Positions 49,335 to 58,869 of a stretch of 64,000 nucleotides of DNA are shown here, in pieces; the first letter of the stretch is position 1; each line of letters begins with the position of its first letter. Position numbers and translations under genes: made by a program. The notes beneath the pieces are model-generated. The model had not been told where the DNA came from and ran no database searches. It worked only from the letters and a program-made list of their open reading frames with translations. The stretch is from an uncultured Treponema sp. (GTDB taxonomy: Bacteria; Spirochaetota; Spirochaetia; Treponematales; Treponemataceae), in assembly GCA_947178095.1 (NCBI GenBank), contig CAMWWZ010000001.1, positions 34,145 through 98,144 of the forward strand. The letters run 5' to 3'.

Positions 49335-50071
49335 TGCCTTCGGATTTTCGCAGCGAAAATTCAATTCCTCGCCATGTGGCCATCATTATGGACGGAAACG
49401 GACGCTGGGCGCAAAAACGCGCACTTCCGCGTACCGCCGGCCACAAGGAAGGCTTGGAAACTGCGAAACGCATCGTGCGAGCCGCGTCAGATTTGGGCAT
49501 AAAATATGTCACGCTCTACACTTTTTCCACCGAAAACTGGAAGCGCGCGCAGGAAGAAGTGGGCTATTTGATGGGGCTGATAAAAGGCCATTTGCGAGCC
49601 GAGTTCGAATTTTACAAGGAAAATAAAATCCGCATCGAGCACATCGGAAACCTTTCCGGTTTGCCGCGCGACGTTCAGGAAGAAATTCTGAACGCGAAGA
49701 AGGACACCGAGCATTTTTCGGGAACGACCGTCGTTCTTGCGATAAATTACGGCGGCCGCGACGAAATCGTTCGGGCGGCGCAAAAATTGCTTGAAAGCCG
49801 CGCCGTTTCGCAAGAAAAAATTCTTTCGGAAGAAAATTTCTGCGCGAAATTCGACATGCCCGATTTGCCCGAAGTGGATCTTCTCGTGCGCACGGGCGGC
49901 GAAAAGCGTTTGAGCAACTTTTTGCTTTGGCATGCGGCTTACGCCGAACTTCTTTTCACCGACACGCTTTGGCCCGACTATGACGTGGAGGAATTCAAGC
50001 GCGACGTGAAGGAATTTTCGGCGCGGAACAGGCGATTCGGCGGCGTGGAAAATTCGGGAGGCGCAAGATGA
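49334..50071 (+). CDS. uppS: Undecaprenyl diphosphate synthase
   Basis: HVAIIMDGNGRWA, FSTENWKR, RTGGEKRLSNFLLW. Confidence 0.97.
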   Translation: MPSDFRSENSIPRHVAIIMDGNGRWAQKRALPRTAGHKEGLETAKRIVRAASDLGIKYVTLYTFSTENWKRAQEEVGYLMGLIKGHLRAEFEFYKENKIRIEHIGNLSGLPRDVQEEILNAKKDTEHFSGTTVVLAINYGGRDEIVRAAQKLLESRAVSQEKILSEENFCAKFDMPDLPEVDLLVRTGGEKRLSNFLLWHAAYAELLFTDTLWPDYDVEEFKRDVKEFSARNRRFGGVENSGGAR

Positions 50072-50934
50072 ACAAGCTCGTCCAAAGGCTTTTGATTTTT
50101 TTTATCGGAATTCCCGTTGTCCTCGGATTTGTTTGTCTCGACGTGTTCTCGCATCTTCCGTTCAACGCGCTTTTAATAGTAATTTCCGCAATCGCCGCAA
50201 GCGAACTTTGCACGATTTTTTCATCGGGTGGCGAAACTTTGCCGAAGCCCTTGCTAATCTCGCTCTGCGCGGCGATTCCGACTTGCACTTACATCAGCCT
50301 GTTGTTTCCGCGTTGGTTCTTTGCATTTAATCTTTGCGACGGCGCGCTCATTGCGGCAGTGTTCATAATTTTTGCTTTCGAAATATTTTCCGCGCGGACA
50401 TTCGAAAAATCGAACGCCCGCATAGCGCGCTCGGTCTGTACACTTTTGTACGCGGGATTTTTGCCTTCGTACATCACGAAAATTTCCTTTACGCCATTTT
50501 CTACCGAGCGTCTTGTGACGTTCCTCGTGATGGTATTCATAAGCGACAGCGCGGCGTGGCTTTTCGGCATGCTTTTCGGAAAAAACAATCGCGGGAAAGT
50601 CGCGGCAAGCCCGAACAAAAGCATCGCGGGATTCGTGGGCGCGTACCTCGGCTGCATATTGGTCGCATTCCTCGCCTCATATTTGGTCTTTCCTTACGCA
50701 TTCAGCGTTTCGAACAAGGCGTTGCGCGTGCTTGTCTTGGGCATCGTGGTTTGCACGGCGAGCATCGTAGGCGACCTTGCCGAAAGCGTTTTCAAGCGCA
50801 GCGCGAACGTCAAGGACAGCGGAAAAATAATCCTCGGACGCGGCGGCATTTTGGACTGCGTTGATTCCGTATTCATGGCGGCTCCGTTCTATTATTATCT
50901 GCTGATTCAATTGTTCTATTTTCCATCAGTATGA
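50068..50934 (+). CDS. cdsA: Phosphatidate cytidylyltransferase
   Basis: SDSAAW..G...G, SPNKS..G, GDLAESVFKR...VKDSG...GRGGILD..DS. Confidence 0.93.
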   Translation: MNKLVQRLLIFFIGIPVVLGFVCLDVFSHLPFNALLIVISAIAASELCTIFSSGGETLPKPLLISLCAAIPTCTYISLLFPRWFFAFNLCDGALIAAVFIIFAFEIFSARTFEKSNARIARSVCTLLYAGFLPSYITKISFTPFSTERLVTFLVMVFISDSAAWLFGMLFGKNNRGKVAASPNKSIAGFVGAYLGCILVAFLASYLVFPYAFSVSNKALRVLVLGIVVCTASIVGDLAESVFKRSANVKDSGKIILGRGGILDCVDSVFMAAPFYYYLLIQLFYFPSV

Positions 50935-52016
50935 AAGACATTCTCGTTCTCGGGGCGACTGGCTCAATAGGAAAAAGCACGCTCGACTTGGCGCGTCGCC
51001 ACAAAGAGAAATTCCGCGTTGTCGGACTTCAGGCGCATTCGCAAAAAGAAAAGCTCGATTCCCTTGCGGCGGAATTCCAGTGCCGCGCGACGCTTTCTTC
51101 ACTTGAGGGCGACGGTGGCATCGCAAAACTTCTCGACGCGGCAAAGCCGCAAATCGTGGTGAACGGCATCGCGGGAAGCGCGGGACTGATTCCAAGCAGA
51201 ATGGTTTTGGAGCGCGGAATCGACCTCGCGCTCGCCAACAAAGAAAGCGTCGTGATGGCGTGGAATCTCGTGAATGAAGCCGCGCGAAAAAGCGGAGCGA
51301 AAATAATTCCGGTGGACAGCGAGCACAGCGCGATTTTCAATCTCGCATCGTTCTGCGGACGCGAAAAAATCGCCGAAATAATCCTTACTGCAAGCGGAGG
51401 ACCTTTCAGGAATTTCAGCGAAGAGCAGCTTGCAAACGCGACTCTCGCCGACGCGCTAAAGCATCCGACTTGGAACATGGGAAAAAAAATTACGGTGGAC
51501 TCGGCGACGCTCGCAAACAAAGGGCTTGAAGTCATTGAGGCGTGCAGGCTTTTCGACATGCCGAGCGAGCGCGTGGATGTCGTGGTACATCCCGAAAGTT
51601 TGATTCATTCTTTGGTGCGCACGACGGACGGAATTCTCTACGCGCAAATCTCCGAGCCTGACATGCGCCATCCGATTATGGGCGCGCTTTGCTTTCCCGA
51701 ATATATGGACAACGGCTTGGAAAAATTCTCGCTTGCCGGGCACAACATGAGTTTCATGCAGCCGCGCCGAAAAGAATTTCCGCTTTTGGACGCGGCATAT
51801 TCGGCCGTCAAAAAAGGTCCGCTTTATACAATCGCTTTCAACGCGGCGGACGAAGTGGCGGCGAACGCATTCATCGAAGGAAAGATAAATTTCTTGCAGA
51901 TTGCGCGCGTGGTGCAAAAAACGCTCGAAAAAGATTGGAGCGGAAACCTTTCGGATTGGGACGACGTTTTCCAATGCGACAAGGCTGCGCGGGCGGCCGC
52001 GGAGGAAATGCTTTGA
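50931..52016 (+). CDS. dxr: 1-deoxy-D-xylulose-5-phosphate reductoisomerase
   Basis: LGATGSIG, LANKES, PVDSEH, MGKKITVDSATLANKGLEVIEA. Confidence 0.97.
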   Translation: MKDILVLGATGSIGKSTLDLARRHKEKFRVVGLQAHSQKEKLDSLAAEFQCRATLSSLEGDGGIAKLLDAAKPQIVVNGIAGSAGLIPSRMVLERGIDLALANKESVVMAWNLVNEAARKSGAKIIPVDSEHSAIFNLASFCGREKIAEIILTASGGPFRNFSEEQLANATLADALKHPTWNMGKKITVDSATLANKGLEVIEACRLFDMPSERVDVVVHPESLIHSLVRTTDGILYAQISEPDMRHPIMGALCFPEYMDNGLEKFSLAGHNMSFMQPRRKEFPLLDAAYSAVKKGPLYTIAFNAADEVAANAFIEGKINFLQIARVVQKTLEKDWSGNLSDWDDVFQCDKAARAAAEEML

Positions 52017-53125
52017 ACATAGTCATAGGTCTTCTCGTCTTGGGCGTAATTGTATTTTTCCACGAATTGGGACATTTCGCCGCCGCAAGAATTTTCGGTG
52101 TAAAAGTGGAATCGTTTTCAATCGGCATGGGACCGGTGCTTTTGCACAAGACGTTCCGCGGAACTGACTACAGGATTTCGCTTTTTCCCATAGGCGGCTA
52201 CTGCGGAATGAAGGGCGAAAAAGATTTCGCGAAAGCCATCGAAGAAAAACTCCCGTCTATACAAGGCGAAAAAGATTCGCTCTACGGAATCCATCCGATG
52301 AAGCGAGCCGCCATCGCGTTCGCAGGGCCGTTTTTCAATTTGATCATGGCGTGCGCCGCCTACACGGTGATAGCGATGACGGGCTACACTTACTACACGA
52401 GAAGCGCGACAATCGAAATTCCCGAAGACGCGGCGTTTCAATCCCCTGCCCGCGAAGCTGGCATAATTTCAGGCGACACAATCAAAAGCATAAACGGAAT
52501 CAAGGTAAACGATTTTTCCGACATCGCCGAAGAAATTTCATCGCGCCCGGACGAAGATGTCGTAGTTGAAGTGTGCCGAGAAAACGAAATTCTCACTTTC
52601 ACCGTGCGCACGATTTTGAACAAAAAAACCGGGGCAGGAATGCTCGGCGTGCGAAGTTCGGGCGAAATCATTTCAAAGGAAATGCCTCGCTACTCGTTTT
52701 TTCCGGCGATCGGTCAAGGAGTCTTGCAGACAGGAAAAATGATTTCGCTCACGATAAAAAGCATAGGCGTTCTTTTCAAGGGCGTGGACGTGACGAACGC
52801 GGTTTCAGGTCCTGCGCGAATAAGCAGCATGCTTGGCGAAAGCGCGCTCGACGGATTTTCGCAGGATTTCAAAACCGGAGTCGTTGTGCTGTGCCAATTT
52901 CTCGCGCTCATAAGCGTCTCGCTTTTCATAATGAACTTGCTTCCGATTCCCGTGCTCGACGGGGGCATGATTTTGTTCGCGCTGATTCAAGCCGCAACAA
53001 AAAAGCAGATTCCGCCAAAAATCCAATACGGAATTCAGATTGCGGGAGTGATTGTGATAGCCGCGCTTTTCATGCTCGGGCTTTCCGGCGACATACGATA
53101 TTTCGTCGCCCGCGCGCGGGGATAG
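52013..53125 (+). CDS. rseP: RIP metalloprotease RseP
   Basis: HELGH, PDZ domain, NLLPIPVLDGG; TTG start overlaps the dxr stop. Confidence 0.95.
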   Translation: MNIVIGLLVLGVIVFFHELGHFAAARIFGVKVESFSIGMGPVLLHKTFRGTDYRISLFPIGGYCGMKGEKDFAKAIEEKLPSIQGEKDSLYGIHPMKRAAIAFAGPFFNLIMACAAYTVIAMTGYTYYTRSATIEIPEDAAFQSPAREAGIISGDTIKSINGIKVNDFSDIAEEISSRPDEDVVVEVCRENEILTFTVRTILNKKTGAGMLGVRSSGEIISKEMPRYSFFPAIGQGVLQTGKMISLTIKSIGVLFKGVDVTNAVSGPARISSMLGESALDGFSQDFKTGVVVLCQFLALISVSLFIMNLLPIPVLDGGMILFALIQAATKKQIPPKIQYGIQIAGVIVIAALFMLGLSGDIRYFVARARG

Positions 53126-53301
53126 AAAAACGGCGCGCTTTGGCACAGAGCGTCGTGTCAATTGGCGATTAACAATCAATTGAATCTTTCATTATATTTC
53201 CGTCTAGGTTTGTTGATTAAGTCCTCGTTACTAAATATTTTTTCTCAACTCTTCTCAATTTCTCCGAATATTTTTTACCGTCGATTTCAATCATTACAAA
53301 T

Positions 53302-53583
53302 CTACTCTTTTGATGCCATATATAAAATGAGCTCTATTTCTCCAATTACACCAAGAACAATAAAAACGATGCCGTCTAATATACGTTCCTTTTTTGAGTA
53401 CCAATGGCCTTTGTCATAGATGTTTTTACAAAAAGAAAATATTGCTCTAGAAAAAACGCTTATTCCGAAAGCTATAGGCATAATAATTGTTGTTCTGCAT
53501 AGAAGAGAAATTAGTAATCCGATAATGCATATCCCTGGAAACAAAAATAATTGTAAACTATAATTTAAAGACTCTCTCTTCAT
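53302..53583 (-). CDS. Small AT-rich hypothetical membrane protein
   Basis: Three hydrophobic segments; AT-rich DNA unlike the flanks. Confidence 0.5.
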   Translation of the reverse strand: MKRESLNYSLQLFLFPGICIIGLLISLLCRTTIIMPIAFGISVFSRAIFSFCKNIYDKGHWYSKKERILDGIVFIVLGVIGEIELILYMASKE

Positions 53584-53742
53584 TATATCGCCTATAATTA
53601 ATTCCGAATTTTGAATCAGTAATTTCTTTTGATACAAGGAACTCTCCTAAATATTTATCTAAATTTGTTATAGCAAAGTATATTTCAGAGTATTTAGTAT
53701 AAATTCCGCTGTGCTCGGTTTTCCGCGACGTTTCCGACCGCC

Positions 53743-54138
53743 TTACGAATCAAGCCAGCGACTGTCGATTTCATTTTTAAGCGTCTCAAACAAAGCGATA
53801 TAATCAGTTTTCAGCTTTCTTATGACATACAACGCCTGTTCGTCGCTGTATATGTGGGCGAGAATGTTTCTTGACTCCAGAAGTTCAAGCCAGCCCTCGC
53901 AGTCGTTTATCATTCCGCACTGGTAGGCGATTTTGATAATCGCTTTGGGCGAGCCGATCCTTTCCTCGAACCTGCCGTGTTCTTCGAGAAGTTCTTTCAT
54001 AAGCTTCCACGACTGCTCAAAGCAGATTTCAAACAGCCCGACAATGCCCGTCTGTTCAACGACTGTATACGGCTCGGAAAGCTGCGAGCCGACGTTCAGG
54101 TTGGCAAGCGCCTTGCAGAAATTGTCATATTTCTTCAT
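53743..54138 (-). CDS. HEPN-domain toxin (HI0074/nucleotidyltransferase substrate-binding family)
   Basis: FEICFEQSWKLMK and the RX4HXY motif RNILAHIY. Confidence 0.88.
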   Translation of the reverse strand: MKKYDNFCKALANLNVGSQLSEPYTVVEQTGIVGLFEICFEQSWKLMKELLEEHGRFEERIGSPKAIIKIAYQCGMINDCEGWLELLESRNILAHIYSDEQALYVIRKLKTDYIALFETLKNEIDSRWLDS

Positions 54139-54415
54139 ATAAAACCACTCCGTCTTTTTTTATTTCGGCTTGCAGTTTTTCGGAAATCCCCTTGTCAAGA
54201 TCCACGACATCGAACATGAGCAAAGTACGCGCTTCTTCTTCGACGTCGTAATAAAACTCGAGCGCGTTTCCGCCGCTTATGGCAAGGTCAATGTCGCTTC
54301 GTTCGGAATTGGTGCCCCTTGCCCGCGAGCCGAAAAGAATCACTTTCTTTACGTTGCTTTTCTTTGCGATTCTGATAATATCGTCTTCGACCCTTTTGTC
54401 AAGGTTATATGTCAT
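54125..54415 (-). CDS. Minimal nucleotidyltransferase (MNT antitoxin)
   Basis: GSX10DXD motif LFGSRARGTNSERSDID; overlaps the HEPN start. Confidence 0.9.
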   Translation of the reverse strand: MTYNLDKRVEDDIIRIAKKSNVKKVILFGSRARGTNSERSDIDLAISGGNALEFYYDVEEEARTLLMFDVVDLDKGISEKLQAEIKKDGVVLYEEI

Positions 54416-54521
54416 ACCCGATCGCTCCCAACTTTTCCCTGATTTCATCTTCCAGCGCGCGCGACTTCTTGAACATTCCCGAAAGCTCGGCGGTGAGGCG
54501 CGTCATTTTCTCTGCGAATGG
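54405..54521 (-). pseudogene. hsdM: 3' remnant of type I R-M methyltransferase hsdM
   Basis: PFAEKMTRLTAELSGMFKKSRALEDEIREKLGAIGYDI* matches the characteristic HsdM C-terminal helix as I recall it; no upstream gene body. Confidence 0.7.
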
Positions 54522-54555
54522 CGCGCTTTGGCGCGAGGCGTGCCGTTCGCAGAAA

Positions 54556-56580
54556 TCAGTTTCCGCCGTTGCGCGTGTATCGGGCAAGTCCGCCTTGTTT
54601 CAATATCGCGCGGCTTCGCTCGGAAAGGTCGTTCGTCGCAAGGAATGTCCTGCCGTTCAGTTCGATTTTGAATTCGCAGCCGGTGTCCAAGGCTTCCTTG
54701 ACGTTCGAAAGGAAAAGCGTGTCGCCCTGCGAAATCTTGTCATAGTCCGATGCGTCCGAAAAGCACAGAGGAATTATTCCGTAGTTCACCAAGTTCGCCT
54801 TGTGGATTCGCGCGAAACTTTTCGTGAGCACGGCGCGGACTCCGAGATACATCGGGCCAAGCGCGGCGTGTTCGCGGCTCGAGCCTTGTCCGTAGTTTTC
54901 CCCTCCCATGACGACGCAGTCGCAAAATCCGCTTTTTTCGCAGCGCGAATAGAATGTCTCGTCCAAGCGCGAAAGCGTGTACTTCGAGATTTCAGGAATG
55001 TTCGAGCGCAAAGGAAGGATTTTCGCGCCGGCGGGCATTATATCGTCGGTGGAAACATTGTCGCCTGCCTTGAGCATCACGGGGAGAGAAAGCGTCGGGC
55101 GGAATTCGCGGCATTCCGGGCACGGCTTGATGTTCGGCCCGCGCAGGATTTCGACTTTCTCGGCTTCCGCCAAAGCAAGCGGCTCGATCACCATCGCGCG
55201 GTCGCAAGCGGCTTCGAGGATTTCTTTTGAAGAAAGCCTTTCGTCGCGTCCTTCGAGGATGCTTTCGCGCGCGCCGTTTTTGTACGAGACATCGTCATAT
55301 TGAATGTTTTCCGCGCTTTCGAAAACGCCCGCAATCGCGCTCGCCGCCGCAGTCTCGGGCGAAACAAGATACACTTCCGCATCCGCAGTTCCGCTTCTTC
55401 CTTTGAAATTTCGGTTGAACGTGCGGAGCGTGACTCCGTTCGAATTCGGCGCGAAGCCCTGCCCGATGCAAGGTCCGCACGCACTTTCCAAAATCCGAAA
55501 TCCAGCCCTTATGAGTTCGCCGAGGATTCCCGCCTTTTCCGCCATCATAAGCGTGGCGCGGCTTCCCGGCGCGATTCCCGCTTCCACGCCAATTGCCACG
55601 CGCTTGCCCTTTACGATCGCAGCCACCGCCGCAAGGTCGTCGAGCGAAGAATTCGTGCACGAGCCGATTACGACTTGCGTGATTTTTTTTCCGCGAAGAT
55701 TTTTCAATGAATCGATCACGTCGGGATTGTGCGGGCACGCCGCGAGCGCGGAAAGTTCGTCCAAATTTATTTCGATCAGTTTGTCGTATTGCGCGCCCTC
55801 GTCCGCCTTGAGTTCCGTCCAGTCGCCGCCGCGTCCCATCGCTTCGAGGAATTTCTTTGTCTTTTCGTCGCTCGGAAAAATCGAAGTCGTTGCTCCCAAT
55901 TCCGCGCCCATGTTTGTAATCGTCGCGCGCTGCGGAACTGTGAGCGAAGAAACGCCTTCGCCGAAATATTCGTAGATTGCGAGAGTGCCGCCTTTTACAG
56001 TTTCGCGCCGCAGCACTTCCAAGATTATGTCTTTCGCGTCCACGCCTTTTTTGAGGCAGCCGGTCAATTTCACTCCGAAGATTTTCGGCATCGCAAGGTG
56101 GAACGCGCCCCCTCCCATTGCCACGGCGACGTCAAGTCCGCCAGAGCCGATTGCGATCATTCCGATTCCGCCGCCCGTGGGCGTGTGGCTGTCGCTTCCC
56201 AAAAGCGTCTTTCCGGGCTTTCCGAAACATTCGAGATGAACTTGATGGCAGATTCCGTTTCCGGGCCGGCTGAAATAAAGCCCATACTTTTGCGCGACGC
56301 TCTGCAAATATCTGTGGTCGTCCATGTTCTTGAAGTCGGTTTGAAGCGTGTTGTGGTCAACGTAGGAAACAGAAAGTTCGGTGCGGACGCGAGGAATCCC
56401 GATTGTCTCGAACTGCAAATAAGTCATAGTTCCAGTCGCGTCCTGCGTGAGCGTCTGGTCGATTTTTATCGCGATGTCCGCCCCGCGCTCGATTGGCTGC
56501 CCTTTCGTGAATTTGGTTTGGGCGCAAGCATCACCAACGATGTGCGCTTGAAGAATTTTTTCCGCAAGTGTGAGTGCCAT
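54556..56580 (-). CDS. acn: Aconitate hydratase (putative, single-chain type)
   Basis: LTQDATG, DHN, GICHQVH, GSDSHT, IGSCTN, CGPCIG, RTFNRNF, NYGQGSSREHA. Confidence 0.92.
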   Translation of the reverse strand: MALTLAEKILQAHIVGDACAQTKFTKGQPIERGADIAIKIDQTLTQDATGTMTYLQFETIGIPRVRTELSVSYVDHNTLQTDFKNMDDHRYLQSVAQKYGLYFSRPGNGICHQVHLECFGKPGKTLLGSDSHTPTGGGIGMIAIGSGGLDVAVAMGGGAFHLAMPKIFGVKLTGCLKKGVDAKDIILEVLRRETVKGGTLAIYEYFGEGVSSLTVPQRATITNMGAELGATTSIFPSDEKTKKFLEAMGRGGDWTELKADEGAQYDKLIEINLDELSALAACPHNPDVIDSLKNLRGKKITQVVIGSCTNSSLDDLAAVAAIVKGKRVAIGVEAGIAPGSRATLMMAEKAGILGELIRAGFRILESACGPCIGQGFAPNSNGVTLRTFNRNFKGRSGTADAEVYLVSPETAAASAIAGVFESAENIQYDDVSYKNGARESILEGRDERLSSKEILEAACDRAMVIEPLALAEAEKVEILRGPNIKPCPECREFRPTLSLPVMLKAGDNVSTDDIMPAGAKILPLRSNIPEISKYTLSRLDETFYSRCEKSGFCDCVVMGGENYGQGSSREHAALGPMYLGVRAVLTKSFARIHKANLVNYGIIPLCFSDASDYDKISQGDTLFLSNVKEALDTGCEFKIELNGRTFLATNDLSERSRAILKQGGLARYTRNGGN

Positions 56581-56669
56581 TTTTTCTCCTAATTGAAAGA
56601 TGACGCGAAATGTCGCGACAATTTTAATGCCAAGCAAAAGCGAGCCTCGCATGCTCGCTGAACAACCTT

Positions 56670-57554
56670 TTAATTTTTCACAGTCTCCGTGATTCCTGCC
56701 GCGAGCGCCGCAAGCCCTTGGATTTCCGAAGGCACGATAATTTTTGTAGCCTTACCGTCGGCAGCCTTTTCGAACGCCTCGAGGCTTCGCAGTTTGATGA
56801 CGGCTTCATCGGCGGCGGCTTCGCGGAGCATGGCGATTCCCTGCGCCTTTGCCTTTTGCACTTCCCGGATTGCCTCGGCTTCGCCTCGCGCCTTTTGAAC
56901 GGCGGCTTCTTTCTGCGCTTCGGCTTCCAAAATCATAGACTGTTTTTTTCCTTCCGCCACAAGGATCGCGCTTTGCTTTTGCCCTTCCGCAATCAGAATC
57001 GCCTCGCGACGCTCGCGTTCTGCGCGCATCTGCTTTTCCATCGCTTCCTTTATCGCTTCCGGCGGAATGATGTTCTTGACTTCCACGCGGTTCACCTTGA
57101 TGCCCCACGGGTCGGTCGCTTCGTCGAGAATGCTGCGCATTTTTGTGTTGATGACATCGCGGCTTGTGAGCGTTTGGTCAAGCTCAAGGTCGCCGATGAT
57201 GTTGCGTAGCGTCGTAGCCGAAAGGTTTTCAAGCGCGTTGATCGGCTTTTCCACGCCATAGGTGTACAGCTTGGGATCGGTAATCTGAAAGTAAACTACA
57301 GTGTCAATCATCATCGTGACATTGTCCTTCGTGATGACAGGCTGCGGCGGAAAATCCAAAACTTTTTCCTTGAGCGACACTTTGTTTACGACGCGGTCGA
57401 TGAACGGAAGCTTTACGTGCAGCCCAACTTGCCATGTCGAACAATACGCGCCGAGCCGTTCAATGACAGCCGCCTGAGACTGCGAAATCATCCTGATGTT
57501 TGCGATGACGAACAACACCACGATTACAAGCAGCGCGACAACAACATATACCAT
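56670..57554 (-). CDS. SPFH/band 7 domain protein (QmcA-like)
   Basis: VIERLG.Y, PPQPVITKDNV, LRNIIG.LELDQTLTSR, AMEKQMRAERERR. Confidence 0.93.
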   Translation of the reverse strand: MVYVVVALLVIVVLFVIANIRMISQSQAAVIERLGAYCSTWQVGLHVKLPFIDRVVNKVSLKEKVLDFPPQPVITKDNVTMMIDTVVYFQITDPKLYTYGVEKPINALENLSATTLRNIIGDLELDQTLTSRDVINTKMRSILDEATDPWGIKVNRVEVKNIIPPEAIKEAMEKQMRAERERREAILIAEGQKQSAILVAEGKKQSMILEAEAQKEAAVQKARGEAEAIREVQKAKAQGIAMLREAAADEAVIKLRSLEAFEKAADGKATKIIVPSEIQGLAALAAGITETVKN

Positions 57555-57596
57555 ATAAAACTCCTAAAAAAACTTGAGCGAAATATCAATACAACT

Positions 57597-58046
57597 TTAA
57601 CCCTTTGGGATGACTTTGAGCGTATTACCTTCCACGCAGGATACGACGCATACAGTTCCCGCAGGAATTTCCGCATCGCCTTCCGCAGCCGCAGTCCAAA
57701 TGACGCCGTTCTTCGCCTTTGCCTCACCCTTTTCGAACGGCTTAATGTCTCGGACGAGAAGGACTTCTTGCCCTGCAAGGCTTTCAACATTCGTGCGCAA
57801 TCGTTTTGATTTTAGGGTTTTTACCGCGAGAGGTCGCGTGAAGAAAAGCAACGCGATTGTCAAAACCATGAAGATGAGCAGCTGCCATCGGAACGCAAGC
57901 GGCGTGAACGAAATGAAAATCATCGGAACGCAGGCTGCCGCAGCCCAAATCGTCGTCAAAGCCATCGTGCAAGCCTCTATCACAAGGAACACGACAAGCA
58001 GAATTATCCAAAACCACGCGATGAAAAATAAATTCACACAAAACAT
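57597..58046 (-). CDS. NfeD family protein
   Basis: N-terminal TM helices and C-terminal OB fold (G..K.NGVIWTA...VEGNTLKV); paired with SPFH. Confidence 0.88.
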   Translation of the reverse strand: MFCVNLFFIAWFWIILLVVFLVIEACTMALTTIWAAAACVPMIFISFTPLAFRWQLLIFMVLTIALLFFTRPLAVKTLKSKRLRTNVESLAGQEVLLVRDIKPFEKGEAKAKNGVIWTAAAEGDAEIPAGTVCVVSCVEGNTLKVIPKG

Positions 58047-58092
58047 TCTATCAGCAATTGAATTTTTTGTCAATCCGTGCTACAATTTCCGC

Positions 58093-58869
58093 GTGGGAAA
58101 AGTTCCGAAAGAAAAGGCGAATCCTCAAAACCGCGCGATTTTTTCTGCGAAATTCGCGGCGGCGATTTGCGCCGTAGTTCTTTGCGCGGCATTTTCTTCC
58201 TGCAAAAAAAAAGCGCAGCGCACGCTCGAAGAACGCACGGAGCTTTCAAGGAAAATCGACGAGGCGCGAGAAAAGGCTGCGTGGTCGTACGAAATCGAAG
58301 GCGAGCGGCTTTCGAAAAAAATCTCTTCCGTGGACGCGATTGAAAAGAACATTCCGCTTGAGCCGCTTTCGATGATCGCGCTTGAAGGCGGAAGACCTTT
58401 TCCCGCGATCTTTCCGGAACTCGAAGGCTTCGCCGCCCTCGACACGACGGACATTCAGGGCGAAGTGCTCGACACCGTAAGCGGATTTTGCCGCGCGCTT
58501 ATCGAACACACTTCCCCCTCGCGAAAAAACGATTTGAAAAAAAATGAAGGCGAAGAAAAAAAAAGCGAATCCGAAGAAGAATCCGCGCAAGAAGACTCTT
58601 CGAAAATCGACGGATATTTTCCGGAGAACACGCTTTATTCGCTCGTGCTTTTTTTGGCGGACAGCGAGGAGGCTGGCGCGGTGAAATCGTTTTTGGTCGG
58701 AAAGCCCTTCGTGGACGACGAGAACATCGAAGTGCCGCTCCGCCTTTCATGCGAGAACGCGACGGTGTACGCCCTCGCCTATCCCGCGCCGCACGAAGAA
58801 TCTTGGAAAATCCAGCAAATCGAAATCTACAAGGTGGAGGAAAAAAATGGAAAAACTCACGGGAATTGA
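58093..58869 (+). CDS. Hypothetical lipoprotein
   Basis: Probable GTG start, lipobox FSSC-KKK; the longer track ORF overlaps nfeD. Confidence 0.55.
   Translation: MGKVPKEKANPQNRAIFSAKFAAAICAVVLCAAFSSCKKKAQRTLEERTELSRKIDEAREKAAWSYEIEGERLSKKISSVDAIEKNIPLEPLSMIALEGGRPFPAIFPELEGFAALDTTDIQGEVLDTVSGFCRALIEHTSPSRKNDLKKNEGEEKKSESEEESAQEDSSKIDGYFPENTLYSLVLFLADSEEAGAVKSFLVGKPFVDDENIEVPLRLSCENATVYALAYPAPHEESWKIQQIEIYKVEEKNGKTHGN

Noticed and set aside
57610-58092. 5' part of the 419-aa track ORF
   Set aside because: It overlaps nfeD antisense; a lipobox-bearing start at 58093 is more plausible
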